From: Nitrospira japonica
Lineage (GTDB): Bacteria > Nitrospirota > Thermodesulfovibrionia > UBA6902
Assembly (NCBI GenBank): GCA_020723105.1
Contig: DYJL01000015.1
Location: 2,029-66,028, forward strand
DNA: 64,000 nt
Reading direction: 5' to 3'
Below are positions 56,268 through 64,000 of this stretch, piece by piece. The notes beneath the pieces are model-generated. The model had not been told where the DNA came from. It did not search any database and was given only the letters and a program-made list of their open reading frames with translations. A program made the translations under genes and the position numbers. Each line of letters begins with the position of its first letter. Position 1 is the stretch's first letter.

Positions 56268-56753
56268 ATGAAATCAGCCGGAGAAAAGAAAATATCAGCA
56301 GCAGAATTGTCAGAGGAGAACGGTAAAAGTAATCTTCCCCTTTATCCCATCGGTGTTGTTGCCGAGCTTGTCGGCATTACAGATCAAACACTCAGGTTGT
56401 ATGAAAAGCATGGCTTAATCAGTCCTGCCAGAAGGGGTAAGGACAGATACTATTCTGAAAATGATATTAAATGGCTGAAATGCCTGAGGGACCTTATTCA
56501 TGTAAAAAAGATCAGTATTGAAGGAATTAAGAAACTCCTCGACTATGCGCCCTGCTGGGAAATAAATGAATGTCCGAAGGAGCGAAGGGAAAAGTGTCTG
56601 GCTTATATAGAAAAGAGCAAGCCTTGCTGGGAGTTGAATAACCGGATATGCGAGAAAAGCTCCGGGAAGTTATGCAAAGACTGTATTGTTTATCTTTCAA
56701 GAAATAAGAAAGGGAGTAAGACCTCCAGGCCGCCTGCCAAATTAACAGTATAA
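56268..56753 (+). CDS. MerR-family regulator with a Cys-rich C-terminal domain
   Basis: MerR HTH (YPIGVVAELVGITDQTLRLYEKHGLISPARR). C-terminal CWEINECP...C...CWELNNRIC...CKDC, seven Cys in total. Confidence 0.8.
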   Translation: MKSAGEKKISAAELSEENGKSNLPLYPIGVVAELVGITDQTLRLYEKHGLISPARRGKDRYYSENDIKWLKCLRDLIHVKKISIEGIKKLLDYAPCWEINECPKERREKCLAYIEKSKPCWELNNRICEKSSGKLCKDCIVYLSRNKKGSKTSRPPAKLTV

Positions 56754-56774
56754 CCTTGAATATTTTCCTTTTCG

Positions 56775-57128
56775 TCAGAGTCCGGAAATATCCAGTTCTT
56801 TCTTTAGCCAGTTCTCGAGTTTTTCACCAAGCGCATACATGCCAGAGACACATTCATTTGTTGTACATTGCATGGCTTCTTTCAGTAAATCCTCAGGGAC
56901 ATCGCTTACATAACCTACTGTCTTGCTCATAATAGACCTCATCTGCATGATAACCAGAACCGGTTTATCATTGACAAGGTCTACATACAGCATATATCCA
57001 TAGGTCGTGTCTACAGCCTCGCCCGAAGGGGATTTGGTTTCCAGAAAAATCTTTGGAGTAACATCCCATCTGATATCTTTAAGAAACTGCCTGCTGTTTT
57101 TTAGTTTATCCATACTTACAAGTACCAT
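56775..57128 (-). CDS. hypothetical protein (start uncertain)
   Basis: Open frame with no recognisable family. Internal ATGs at 57128/57113 avoid overlap with the HIT gene. No clear RBS. Confidence 0.4.
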   Translation of the reverse strand: MVLVSMDKLKNSRQFLKDIRWDVTPKIFLETKSPSGEAVDTTYGYMLYVDLVNDKPVLVIMQMRSIMSKTVGYVSDVPEDLLKEAMQCTTNECVSGMYALGEKLENWLKKELDISGL

Positions 57129-57219
57129 GGAGCCTATTATATAAAAAAAATTTTTATTTTGTTTAAAATAGGCCTGAAACAAAAATATTGAAGACATCAA
57201 GGAATAAGGAGATACTTGA

Positions 57220-57561
57220 ATGAACTGCCTGTTCTGCAAAATTATTGAGAAGAAAATCCCTTCAAAAATAGTCTACGAAGACGAACGTGTTCTTGCATTT
57301 GAGGATATAAACCCTCAGTCCCCGGTACATATTCTTGTAATACCCAAAAAGCATATTTCAACTGCGCTCGAAATCAAAGACGAGGATAACGAGCTTATCG
57401 GTTATATGTTTCAGGTCGCAAATAAAATTGCAAAAGGAAAGAATATTGCTGAAAGAGGCTTCAGACTGGTACTGAACTGTAACCATGAAGCAGGGCAAAC
57501 AGTTTTTCATATACATCTGCATCTGCTGGGCGGAAGGGTGATGCACTGGCCTCCGGGGTGA
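57220..57561 (+). CDS. HIT family (HinT-like) nucleotide hydrolase
   Basis: CLFCKII N-terminus and histidine triad HIHLHLLGG. Confidence 0.9.
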   Translation: MNCLFCKIIEKKIPSKIVYEDERVLAFEDINPQSPVHILVIPKKHISTALEIKDEDNELIGYMFQVANKIAKGKNIAERGFRLVLNCNHEAGQTVFHIHLHLLGGRVMHWPPG

Positions 57562-57587
57562 AAAAGCAGGGTATAGGGATTAGGGGA

Positions 57588-57651
57588 GGGGCGAGGCAGC
57601 GCCTCGCCCTGAGGTAACAATGTCATTCCCGCGACGGCGGGAATCCAGTCC
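57588..57651. repeat. partial MITE-like element (copy R6)
   Basis: gggcgaggcagcgcctcgccctgaggt + gtcattcccgcgacggcgggaatccagtc. The second part matches the left end of R5. Confidence 0.55.
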
Positions 57652-57658
57652 ATATAAA

Positions 57659-58309
57659 ATGAAGAAAACACCTCATAAAAAAATCCTGTTCGACATCTAC
57701 AATACTCTTTTCAAAGCCTTCGGTCCGCAACATTGGTGGCCCGGAGAGACGCCTTTTGAAGTAGCTGTAGGCGCAATTCTTACACAAAATACAAACTGGG
57801 AAAATGTAGAGAAGGCAATCAATAACTTAAAAAAAAGCAAAGTTCTGAATGCAACGTTACTGCATAAAATGCCGCACAAAGAGCTGGCATCCCTGATAAA
57901 GCCTGCCGGTTATTTCAATGTCAAAGCAAAACGACTTAAGCACTTCCTCGCATTTCTTGCAACTCATTACAAAGGCGATATAGGGAAGATGAGGAATAAT
58001 GATATACATTTATTAAGGAAAGAACTTCTCTCTGTAAACGGTATCGGCCCTGAGACCACAGATTCGATTCTTCTTTACGCCCTTGAAAAACCAGTCTTTG
58101 TGATTGATGCCTATACAAAACGTGTTCTGGTCCGGCACAACCTCGCCTCTGAAAAGGCAGGCTACCACGAACTTCAGTGCCTGTTTCATGAAAATATTGC
58201 AAAGGATGTGCAGTTTTTTAATGAATATCATGCACTGTTTGTAATGGCCGGAAAACATTATTGCAAACCAAAACCGAGATGTGAAGAATGCCCGTTAAAG
58301 GGGATGTGA
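57659..58309 (+). CDS. endonuclease III-related HhH-GPD protein
   Basis: AILTQNTNW, HhH LLSVNGIGPETTDSILLY, catalytic-region D, and C-terminal CKPKPRCEECP. The ATG at 57659 avoids repeat-derived codons. Confidence 0.75.
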   Translation: MKKTPHKKILFDIYNTLFKAFGPQHWWPGETPFEVAVGAILTQNTNWENVEKAINNLKKSKVLNATLLHKMPHKELASLIKPAGYFNVKAKRLKHFLAFLATHYKGDIGKMRNNDIHLLRKELLSVNGIGPETTDSILLYALEKPVFVIDAYTKRVLVRHNLASEKAGYHELQCLFHENIAKDVQFFNEYHALFVMAGKHYCKPKPRCEECPLKGM

Positions 58310-58337
58310 GGCTGCTCAGAAAAAAAAGGTTTTCAAC

Positions 58338-58366
58338 TTGACAGCCCGGGGAATCTTTGCTATATG
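58338..58366 (+). promoter_or_regulatory. candidate sigma-70 promoter of hsp20
   Basis: TTGACA-17 nt-TATATG, 72 nt upstream of the ATG. Confidence 0.45.
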
Positions 58367-58437
58367 GAAAATAAGAAAACATATAGCCTGTCTAACGGCT
58401 GGGATGAATTTTAAAAATACAAATAAGGAGGTTTAAT

Positions 58438-58938
58438 ATGGCATCAGAAAAAACAAAGAAAAGCGGGAAAAAAGAGCTTGAACCCTATCGCCCCGGAGGT
58501 TGGCTTTCTCCATTTGAAAGGATTGATGAACTGTTTGATGACTTCCTTCGCAGACCCTTTGGACGCCCCTTGTTGAGCCGTTTTCCAAAGATAATGGAGG
58601 AAATAGCGCCCTTGCCATCGGTTGATATTTTTGAGGAGAAAGACGATATTGTTTTAAAAACAGAACTCCCCGGTATGACAAAGGACGATATTGAGATCAA
58701 TCTTACCGACAACATGATTACCCTTTCAGGAGAGAAAAAACGGGAAGAAAAGATGGAAGAAAAGAATTATTACCGTCTTGAACGTTCATACGGTTCATTC
58801 AAACGTTCCTTTACCCTGCCGGCTGAGGTTCAGTCAGATAAGGCAAAGGCTTCTTTCAAGAACGGGGTACTTGAAGTGAGAGTCCCAAAAACAGAAGAGG
58901 CAAAAAAGAAAGCTGTAAAGATAAAAATAGAAGAATAA
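58438..58938 (+). CDS. small heat-shock protein (Hsp20/alpha-crystallin)
   Basis: Alpha-crystallin core VDIFEEKDDIVLKTELPGM...FKRSFTLP...A.FKNGVLEVRVPK. AGGAGG RBS. Confidence 0.9.
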   Translation: MASEKTKKSGKKELEPYRPGGWLSPFERIDELFDDFLRRPFGRPLLSRFPKIMEEIAPLPSVDIFEEKDDIVLKTELPGMTKDDIEINLTDNMITLSGEKKREEKMEEKNYYRLERSYGSFKRSFTLPAEVQSDKAKASFKNGVLEVRVPKTEEAKKKAVKIKIEE

Positions 58939-58943
58939 AAAAA

Positions 58944-59834
58944 TTGGCGGATATACAGACCCATCTTAAAAAGACCGTAAGCATACTTTCTGAAGAAATC
59001 GGCTCGCGCGGATATCTGCAACTTGACGCACTGAATAAAACTGCTGATTATATTAAATCTGAATTCAGCAGGTATGGTTATATTGTCTTTGAACAATCCT
59101 ATGAGGTTGAAGAACATACTTATAGAAATATCTTCGTAGAAATCAGGGGTGAAAAATCACCTGATAAAACCCTCATTGTCGGCGCTCACTACGACACTGT
59201 TATTGGAACCCCGGGTGCAGATGACAATGCAAGCGGCATTGCCGGATTACTTGAACTGGCAAGGCTCCTGCGTGACAGTCCCTTTGATAAGACTATACAA
59301 CTGGTCGCTTTTACCCTCGAAGAACCGCCTTTCTTCAGAACCAGATTCATGGGCAGTTATGTGTATGCAAAACATCTCAGGCAACAGGGTGTTGACGTTG
59401 AAGGGATGATATGCCTTGAGATGATAGGATATTTTACTGATGAGGCAGACAGTCAGTTTTATCCGCTGCCTTTTTTCAGATGGCTGTATCCGACAACAGG
59501 CAACTTTATAACGATTGTGAGCAATATGCATTCCAGAAATTTTTTAAAGCAGGTGAAAAGCGCCTTCAAGAAAAATATGGACCTGCCTGTTGTATCTCTT
59601 TCCGCCCTCCCCCTGGTGCTTGGGATAGATTTTTCAGACCACAGGTCTTTCTGGAAATTTGGCTACAAAGCTGTTATGGTGACTGATACCGCCTTTTACA
59701 GAAACCCTCAGTATCATGGGACCGGCGATGTCGCAGATATCCTTGACTACGGGCGTATGGCAAAAGTTGTATCCGGGCTTGTGTCTGTAATAGAAGAGCT
59801 TTCAAAAAAGGAATCCACTGAAAACAGGAATTAG
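58944..59834 (+). CDS. M28 family metallopeptidase
   Basis: VGAHYDT...GADDNASGIAGLLELAR...EE... pattern. TTG start. Confidence 0.75.
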   Translation: MADIQTHLKKTVSILSEEIGSRGYLQLDALNKTADYIKSEFSRYGYIVFEQSYEVEEHTYRNIFVEIRGEKSPDKTLIVGAHYDTVIGTPGADDNASGIAGLLELARLLRDSPFDKTIQLVAFTLEEPPFFRTRFMGSYVYAKHLRQQGVDVEGMICLEMIGYFTDEADSQFYPLPFFRWLYPTTGNFITIVSNMHSRNFLKQVKSAFKKNMDLPVVSLSALPLVLGIDFSDHRSFWKFGYKAVMVTDTAFYRNPQYHGTGDVADILDYGRMAKVVSGLVSVIEELSKKESTENRN

Positions 59835-59842
59835 CAGACTGT

Positions 59843-59890
59843 TAGGGGGTAAAAAACAGTTTAAACAGCTTAAGCCGATCTTTAAAAAAT
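59843..59890. repeat. short intergenic repeat, copy 2 (abuts the hypF ATG)
   Basis: tagggggtaaaaaacagtttaaacagcttaagccgatctttaaaaaat matches the blocks at 2839-2911. Confidence 0.6.
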
Positions 59891-62176
59891 ATGAAACATG
59901 CAATACAGATAACTATTAAGGGCCTTGTGCAAGGGGTAGGGTTTCGTCCGTTTATATTCAACCTCGCCAGTAGTCTCAACCTTTCAGGTTATGTATTAAA
60001 TACTACTACCGGAGTATTTATTGAAGTTGAAGGTGACAGAGTTAATATCAACAAATTTACAGAGCATGTAAGAACCCAGCCTCCGCCTCAGTCCGAGATT
60101 TTCGAAATTCAGAGTAAAGACATTAACCCTGCAGGATACGCTGATTTTGAAATCCGTGAAAGCGAAAGACCGGAAGAAAGATTTGTTCCAATATCACCTG
60201 AGCTTGCAACCTGCACAGAGTGCCTTTCTGAATTATTTAATCCGGAAGACAGGAGATACCGGTACCCTTTTATAAACTGCACAAACTGCGGGCCCAGATT
60301 CACCATCGTAAAAGACATCCCATATGACAGAAAGTTTACGACCATGTCGGTCTTTCAGATGTGTGAAAAATGCAATGCAGAATATCATTATCCTGCTGAC
60401 AGGAGGTTTCATGCGCAGCCCAATGCCTGCCATGTGTGTGGCCCTAAGCTCTTTCTGTTTGATAATAAGATGAAGGAATTTCCTGCTACAGACGTCATAT
60501 CCGAGACCTGCAGGCTGCTCAAAGAGGGTCAGATAATCGCTTTAAAAGGCCTCGGGGGTTATCACCTTGCCTGTGATGCCCTTAATAAGGATGCTGTCTC
60601 AAAATTAAGGGCGAGAAAATTCCGGGAATACAAACCCTTTGCGATTATGGTTAAGGATATCAATACCGCAAGAGACATATGTTTTATAGATGAGAAAGAA
60701 GAACAGCTCTTAAGCGGAGTGAAACGCCCCATAGTTCTACTGAAAAAAAGACCGGATGCACCTGTTTCAGAGGAAGTAGCCCCGAACCAGAAATACTTTG
60801 GCATAATGCTCCCCTATACGTCGCTTCACCACCTCCTGCTGGCAGAATCAGGGCTTATACTTGTGATGACGAGCGCCAATACAAGTTCAGAACCGATTGT
60901 CTTTAAGGAGAAAGATGCCTTTGACCGCCTTTGTAATATAACCGACTACTATGTTATTCATAACAGGGAAATCCATATCAGGACCGATGACTCTGTGTGC
61001 AGGGTTGAGCTTGGGAAAGACGTTGTATTAAGAAGGTCCAGGGGATATGCCCCGCATCCCCTGCTGATGAAGCATCCGTTTGCGGAGCAGATTCTGGCAT
61101 GCGGCGCTGAATTAAAAAACACCTTCTGTCTTGCAAGGGGCCGTTACGCATTTCTGAGTCATCACATCGGAGACCTGGAAAACCTGGAGACCTTATCATC
61201 ATTTGAAAACGGCATTGAACATTTCAAGAGGATATTTAACATAGAGCCGTCCCTTATCGCCTGCGACCTGCACCCTGAATATCTTTCTGCAAAATATGCG
61301 CATTCTCTGATAAATATCAGAAAGGCAGGCGTTCAGCATCATCACGCACATATTGTAAGCTGCATGGCAGACAATGGTTTGGAAGGCGATATCATAGGCG
61401 TATCTTTTGACGGGACCGGTTATGGGCTTGACGGTAAAATATGGGGAGGCGAATTTCTGGTTTGTAATTATAACGGTTTTCAGAGAGCAGCCCATTTTGA
61501 ATATTTTCAGCTCAATGGCGGGGAAAAGGCAATAAAAGAGCCCTGGAGAATAGCCGCATCCTTTTTATACAAAATATATGGGGATGATATGATGAACCTC
61601 GACATAGATTTTGTGAGAAGCCTGGATATAAATAAGTGGCAGATTCTTCAGCACATGATAGCGAGAGAAATCAATTCGCCCCTGACATCCAGCGCCGGAA
61701 GGGTATTTGATGCTGTATCTGCACTTCTGGGTATAAGAAAAGAAATTTATTATGAGGGGCAGGCTGCCATTGAACTTGAGATGAAGGCGGACTCTTCAGA
61801 CAATGGCAGATATGAATTTGACTGCAAAGAACATGACGGCAAAACAGCAATTGTCCTTGATCCGCTAATCAGAGGGGTAGTCACAGATATTGTAAAAGGA
61901 GTTGCTGTTAATGCCATATCCGCACGATTTCACAACACTATTGCAGATATTGTTTCAGCTATGTGTCTAAAGATCAAAAAGCATGCAGGAATCAACAGGG
62001 TTGCTCTAAGCGGCGGTGTGTTTCAAAACTCACTTCTTATGGAGAAGACGTCTATCCTTCTTGATGAAAATGGTTTTAAAGTCTATACTCACCACAGGGT
62101 GCCGACAAATGACGGAGGCATATCCCTCGGACAGGCTGTTATTGCCAATGAAATAGCAAAGGCCGGCAAGGTCTGA
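59891..62176 (+). CDS. hypF: [NiFe]-hydrogenase maturation carbamoyltransferase HypF
   Basis: Acylphosphatase domain (GLVQGVGFRPF), two CxxC-x18-CxxC zinc fingers, and YrdC-like and Kae1-like domains. 761 aa. Confidence 0.93.
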   Translation: MKHAIQITIKGLVQGVGFRPFIFNLASSLNLSGYVLNTTTGVFIEVEGDRVNINKFTEHVRTQPPPQSEIFEIQSKDINPAGYADFEIRESERPEERFVPISPELATCTECLSELFNPEDRRYRYPFINCTNCGPRFTIVKDIPYDRKFTTMSVFQMCEKCNAEYHYPADRRFHAQPNACHVCGPKLFLFDNKMKEFPATDVISETCRLLKEGQIIALKGLGGYHLACDALNKDAVSKLRARKFREYKPFAIMVKDINTARDICFIDEKEEQLLSGVKRPIVLLKKRPDAPVSEEVAPNQKYFGIMLPYTSLHHLLLAESGLILVMTSANTSSEPIVFKEKDAFDRLCNITDYYVIHNREIHIRTDDSVCRVELGKDVVLRRSRGYAPHPLLMKHPFAEQILACGAELKNTFCLARGRYAFLSHHIGDLENLETLSSFENGIEHFKRIFNIEPSLIACDLHPEYLSAKYAHSLINIRKAGVQHHHAHIVSCMADNGLEGDIIGVSFDGTGYGLDGKIWGGEFLVCNYNGFQRAAHFEYFQLNGGEKAIKEPWRIAASFLYKIYGDDMMNLDIDFVRSLDINKWQILQHMIAREINSPLTSSAGRVFDAVSALLGIRKEIYYEGQAAIELEMKADSSDNGRYEFDCKEHDGKTAIVLDPLIRGVVTDIVKGVAVNAISARFHNTIADIVSAMCLKIKKHAGINRVALSGGVFQNSLLMEKTSILLDENGFKVYTHHRVPTNDGGISLGQAVIANEIAKAGKV

Positions 62177-62183
62177 GGTTAAC

Positions 62184-63428
62184 TTACCTCAGCCTGAGGT
62201 GAGCAAGCGCTTCTATATGAAATGTGTGAGGGAAGAAATCAATCATTCTTACAGATTCAAGATGGTATCTGTTAAGCAGTTTCTTCAAGTCTCTTGCAAG
62301 AGTTGACGGATTGCAGGATATATAAATGATCTCCTCTGGCATTAATGAAAGCACCGTTTCAATTAATCTGTTACTAACCCCTGCTCTCGGAGGATCCAGA
62401 ATAACGATATCGAATTTCTGCTCCGAACGGAAATCTTTATCTGATGAACTGATAAACCTGTAGTTCTTTATTCTGTTGATTTCAATGTTTCTCTTGCCGT
62501 CTGCTACAGCGTACGGATTTTCCTCAACGGCTGTAACTTCAGCATCTGCAGCAAGCGGAATGGAAAAATTGCCGGCACCTGCATACAGGTCCAGAATTTT
62601 CCTGCCTTTTACAGGCTGTAATCTGCCTGTTATAAATTCAATAACCATCTGGTTCAGCTTCCAGTGACTCTGAAAAAAGGTCATCGGTGAAACAGTATAT
62701 TTTTGATTATCAGGGAGCTTCAGGGTTATACAGGTCTTGCCAAACCGGTATATTTTTTTATTCTGTGTCTCAATAAATAACCCGGAAAAACCAAGGTTTA
62801 AAAACATCTCTGCCAGGGCTTTTGTATCAGATGCAGATTCAATTGCCGGAACGGATTTAATCAATGCAGCAGCAGACTCTTCGCTGCAGGTTATATGTAT
62901 TTCTTTAACAGCATCGTTGCTGAGAATGGTTCTTATTTTACCGAGGAATTCATTTATCTTTTCCATCATCAGGAAGCACTTGTCTATCTCAACCAGTTGT
63001 CTGGTATTTTCTCTGTAGAAGCCGATAGATCCACGAAATATTTTAAACTGCCCTCTCAACCTGTAATGCCACGGATTACGATTTATAAGCGGCTCAGAAA
63101 GTGCGGTCTGTATCTGGGCCTGTCGTGCCAGGCAATCAATGAGGATGTCTTCCTTTAATCTTATTTGCATTTCATACGGGATATGCTGAAACTGACACCC
63201 TCCGCAGACTCCGAAATACTCACATGCCGGCTCGATCCTGAAAGGCGATGGCTCCAGAATTTTTCTTGCTGCGGCCCGGATATAGTCTTTTCTTTCATCT
63301 TCTATTATTGCCTCTACCGTTTCACCGGGCAGGACCGCTCCGCTTATCATTACAATTTTTCCTTCGTGCCTTCCAATGGAAAGGCCTCCATACGCAGAGC
63401 GCTCAACTTTTATTGTCAGTGTTGGCAT
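62184..63428 (-). CDS. RumA/RlmD-type 23S rRNA (uracil-5)-methyltransferase
   Basis: TRAM domain, Fe-S motif CEYFGVCGGCQFQH, SAM motif DLYAGAGNFS, DPPRAG and catalytic SCNP. The ATG at 63428 fits the family N-terminus. Confidence 0.85.
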   Translation of the reverse strand: MPTLTIKVERSAYGGLSIGRHEGKIVMISGAVLPGETVEAIIEDERKDYIRAAARKILEPSPFRIEPACEYFGVCGGCQFQHIPYEMQIRLKEDILIDCLARQAQIQTALSEPLINRNPWHYRLRGQFKIFRGSIGFYRENTRQLVEIDKCFLMMEKINEFLGKIRTILSNDAVKEIHITCSEESAAALIKSVPAIESASDTKALAEMFLNLGFSGLFIETQNKKIYRFGKTCITLKLPDNQKYTVSPMTFFQSHWKLNQMVIEFITGRLQPVKGRKILDLYAGAGNFSIPLAADAEVTAVEENPYAVADGKRNIEINRIKNYRFISSSDKDFRSEQKFDIVILDPPRAGVSNRLIETVLSLMPEEIIYISCNPSTLARDLKKLLNRYHLESVRMIDFFPHTFHIEALAHLRLR

Positions 63429-63510
63429 AAGTATGATTGTAAGAAATAGGAAATACAATTACAATAATGCAGTGATTCTTTAAAATACGGGTTAACACAA
63501 GGAGGCTTTT

Positions 63511-64000
63511 ATGAGGAAACTTACAAGATATTTTCTGGAAGGGCTTTTGCTGCTCGTTCCATTGGCCGCAACGATTTATGTCCTTTATTCTATTTTGAGC
63601 AAGATTGACAGTATATTTAAGTTTGAAATACCCGGCGCAGGTTTTTTAGTTACCATATTGACAATAACTGCAGTAGGCTTTATCTCCTCAAATATTCTAA
63701 CAAAGAGGTTAGTACGTTTTATTGACAGGATGTTTGCACGACTGCCGTTTGTAAAAATGATTTATACCGCTGTCAGGGACCTGATGAATGCATTTGTCGG
63801 AGACAGGAAAAGCTTCAACAAACCTGTTCTGGTTACCCTGTCTGCTGCTAACAACATTCATCTCATAGGATTCCTGACACGGGAAAGTCTCGAAAATATC
63901 GGGTTTGCAGATAAAGTAGCCGTATATCTGCCGCAGGCCTACAATTTTTCAGGAAACCTTATCATTGTATCCAGAGAACAGGTTACCCCCATATCTGTTG
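63511..64000 (+). CDS. DUF502 family membrane protein (3' end outside window)
   Basis: ATG follows GGAGG and the frame is open to the window end. Two TM helices, then the P.V..IY..V+...... and GFLT motifs typical of DUF502. Not in the ORF track because it has no stop in the window. Confidence 0.7.
   Translation, partial: MRKLTRYFLEGLLLLVPLAATIYVLYSILSKIDSIFKFEIPGAGFLVTILTITAVGFISSNILTKRLVRFIDRMFARLPFVKMIYTAVRDLMNAFVGDRKSFNKPVLVTLSAANNIHLIGFLTRESLENIGFADKVAVYLPQAYNFSGNLIIVSREQVTPISV

Noticed and set aside
58295-58320. The endonuclease III-like gene stops (TGA) just before a GGC TGC that could supply a fourth Fe-S cysteine, so I considered selenocysteine or readthrough
   Set aside because: The resulting spacing (C-x7-C) does not match the C-x5-C I recall for EndoIII. 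The readthrough frame runs a further ~40 codons of non-homologous sequence. No SECIS-like hairpin is evident.
1-64000. Searched for CRISPR arrays, tRNA/rRNA/tmRNA genes, integrases/transposases and prophage genes
   Set aside because: I saw no regularly spaced direct repeats with unique spacers, no tRNA-like T-arm (GGTTCGAATCC-type) motif in any intergenic region, and no recombinase-like ORF. A tRNAscan/Infernal run would be needed to make the absence definitive.

Overview
This is a 64-kb chromosomal window from an AT-leaning diderm bacterium. An anaerobic lifestyle is likely, given lptE, multihaem cytochromes, hypF, sigma-54 regulation and a YeeE-type sulfur transporter; any phylum assignment would be a guess. 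I support about 60 protein genes. I saw no rRNA, tRNA or CRISPR array by eye. The core is mostly housekeeping and syntenic. It runs leuS-lptE-holA, then rpsT/murJ, then glgC. A long plus-strand block follows: pheA-hisC-DAHP synthase-tyrA-aroA, a PIN/RHH toxin-antitoxin insert, then cmk-plsC-ispH-rpsA-sppA-ihfB. After that come cobA/hemD, rnr, uvrA, ccdA-mog-MOSC-metG-PSP1-holB-tmk, hsp20, hypF and a rumA-like methyltransferase. The accessory content has three parts. (1) A type I R-M island at 29.1-36.5 kb, ordered hsdM-DUF559-hsdS-rhuM-hsdR. Its hsdR has an internal out-of-frame deletion that removes the Walker A region. (2) A stress/redox cluster at 50.8-56.8 kb. It holds a Tat-exported C_GCAxxG_C_C protein with a CXXCH motif, YeeE, three tandem USP genes behind a near-consensus sigma-54 promoter, a divergent PAS-sigma-54 activator with four Cys in its PAS domain, and a MerR regulator with a Cys-rich tail. 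(3) An ATP-cone/PD-(D/E)xK nuclease fusion gene. Non-coding structure is prominent. It includes a three-copy family of ~140-nt long hairpins whose outer arms differ between copies yet stay self-complementary, at least six GTCATT...AATGAC MITE-like elements, and smaller repeat families. I found no clear-cut novel multigene system. The hairpin family, the sigma-54/USP/YeeE redox cluster and the decaying R-M island are the best leads. All functional calls rest on motif recognition and recalled family similarity, not on searches.
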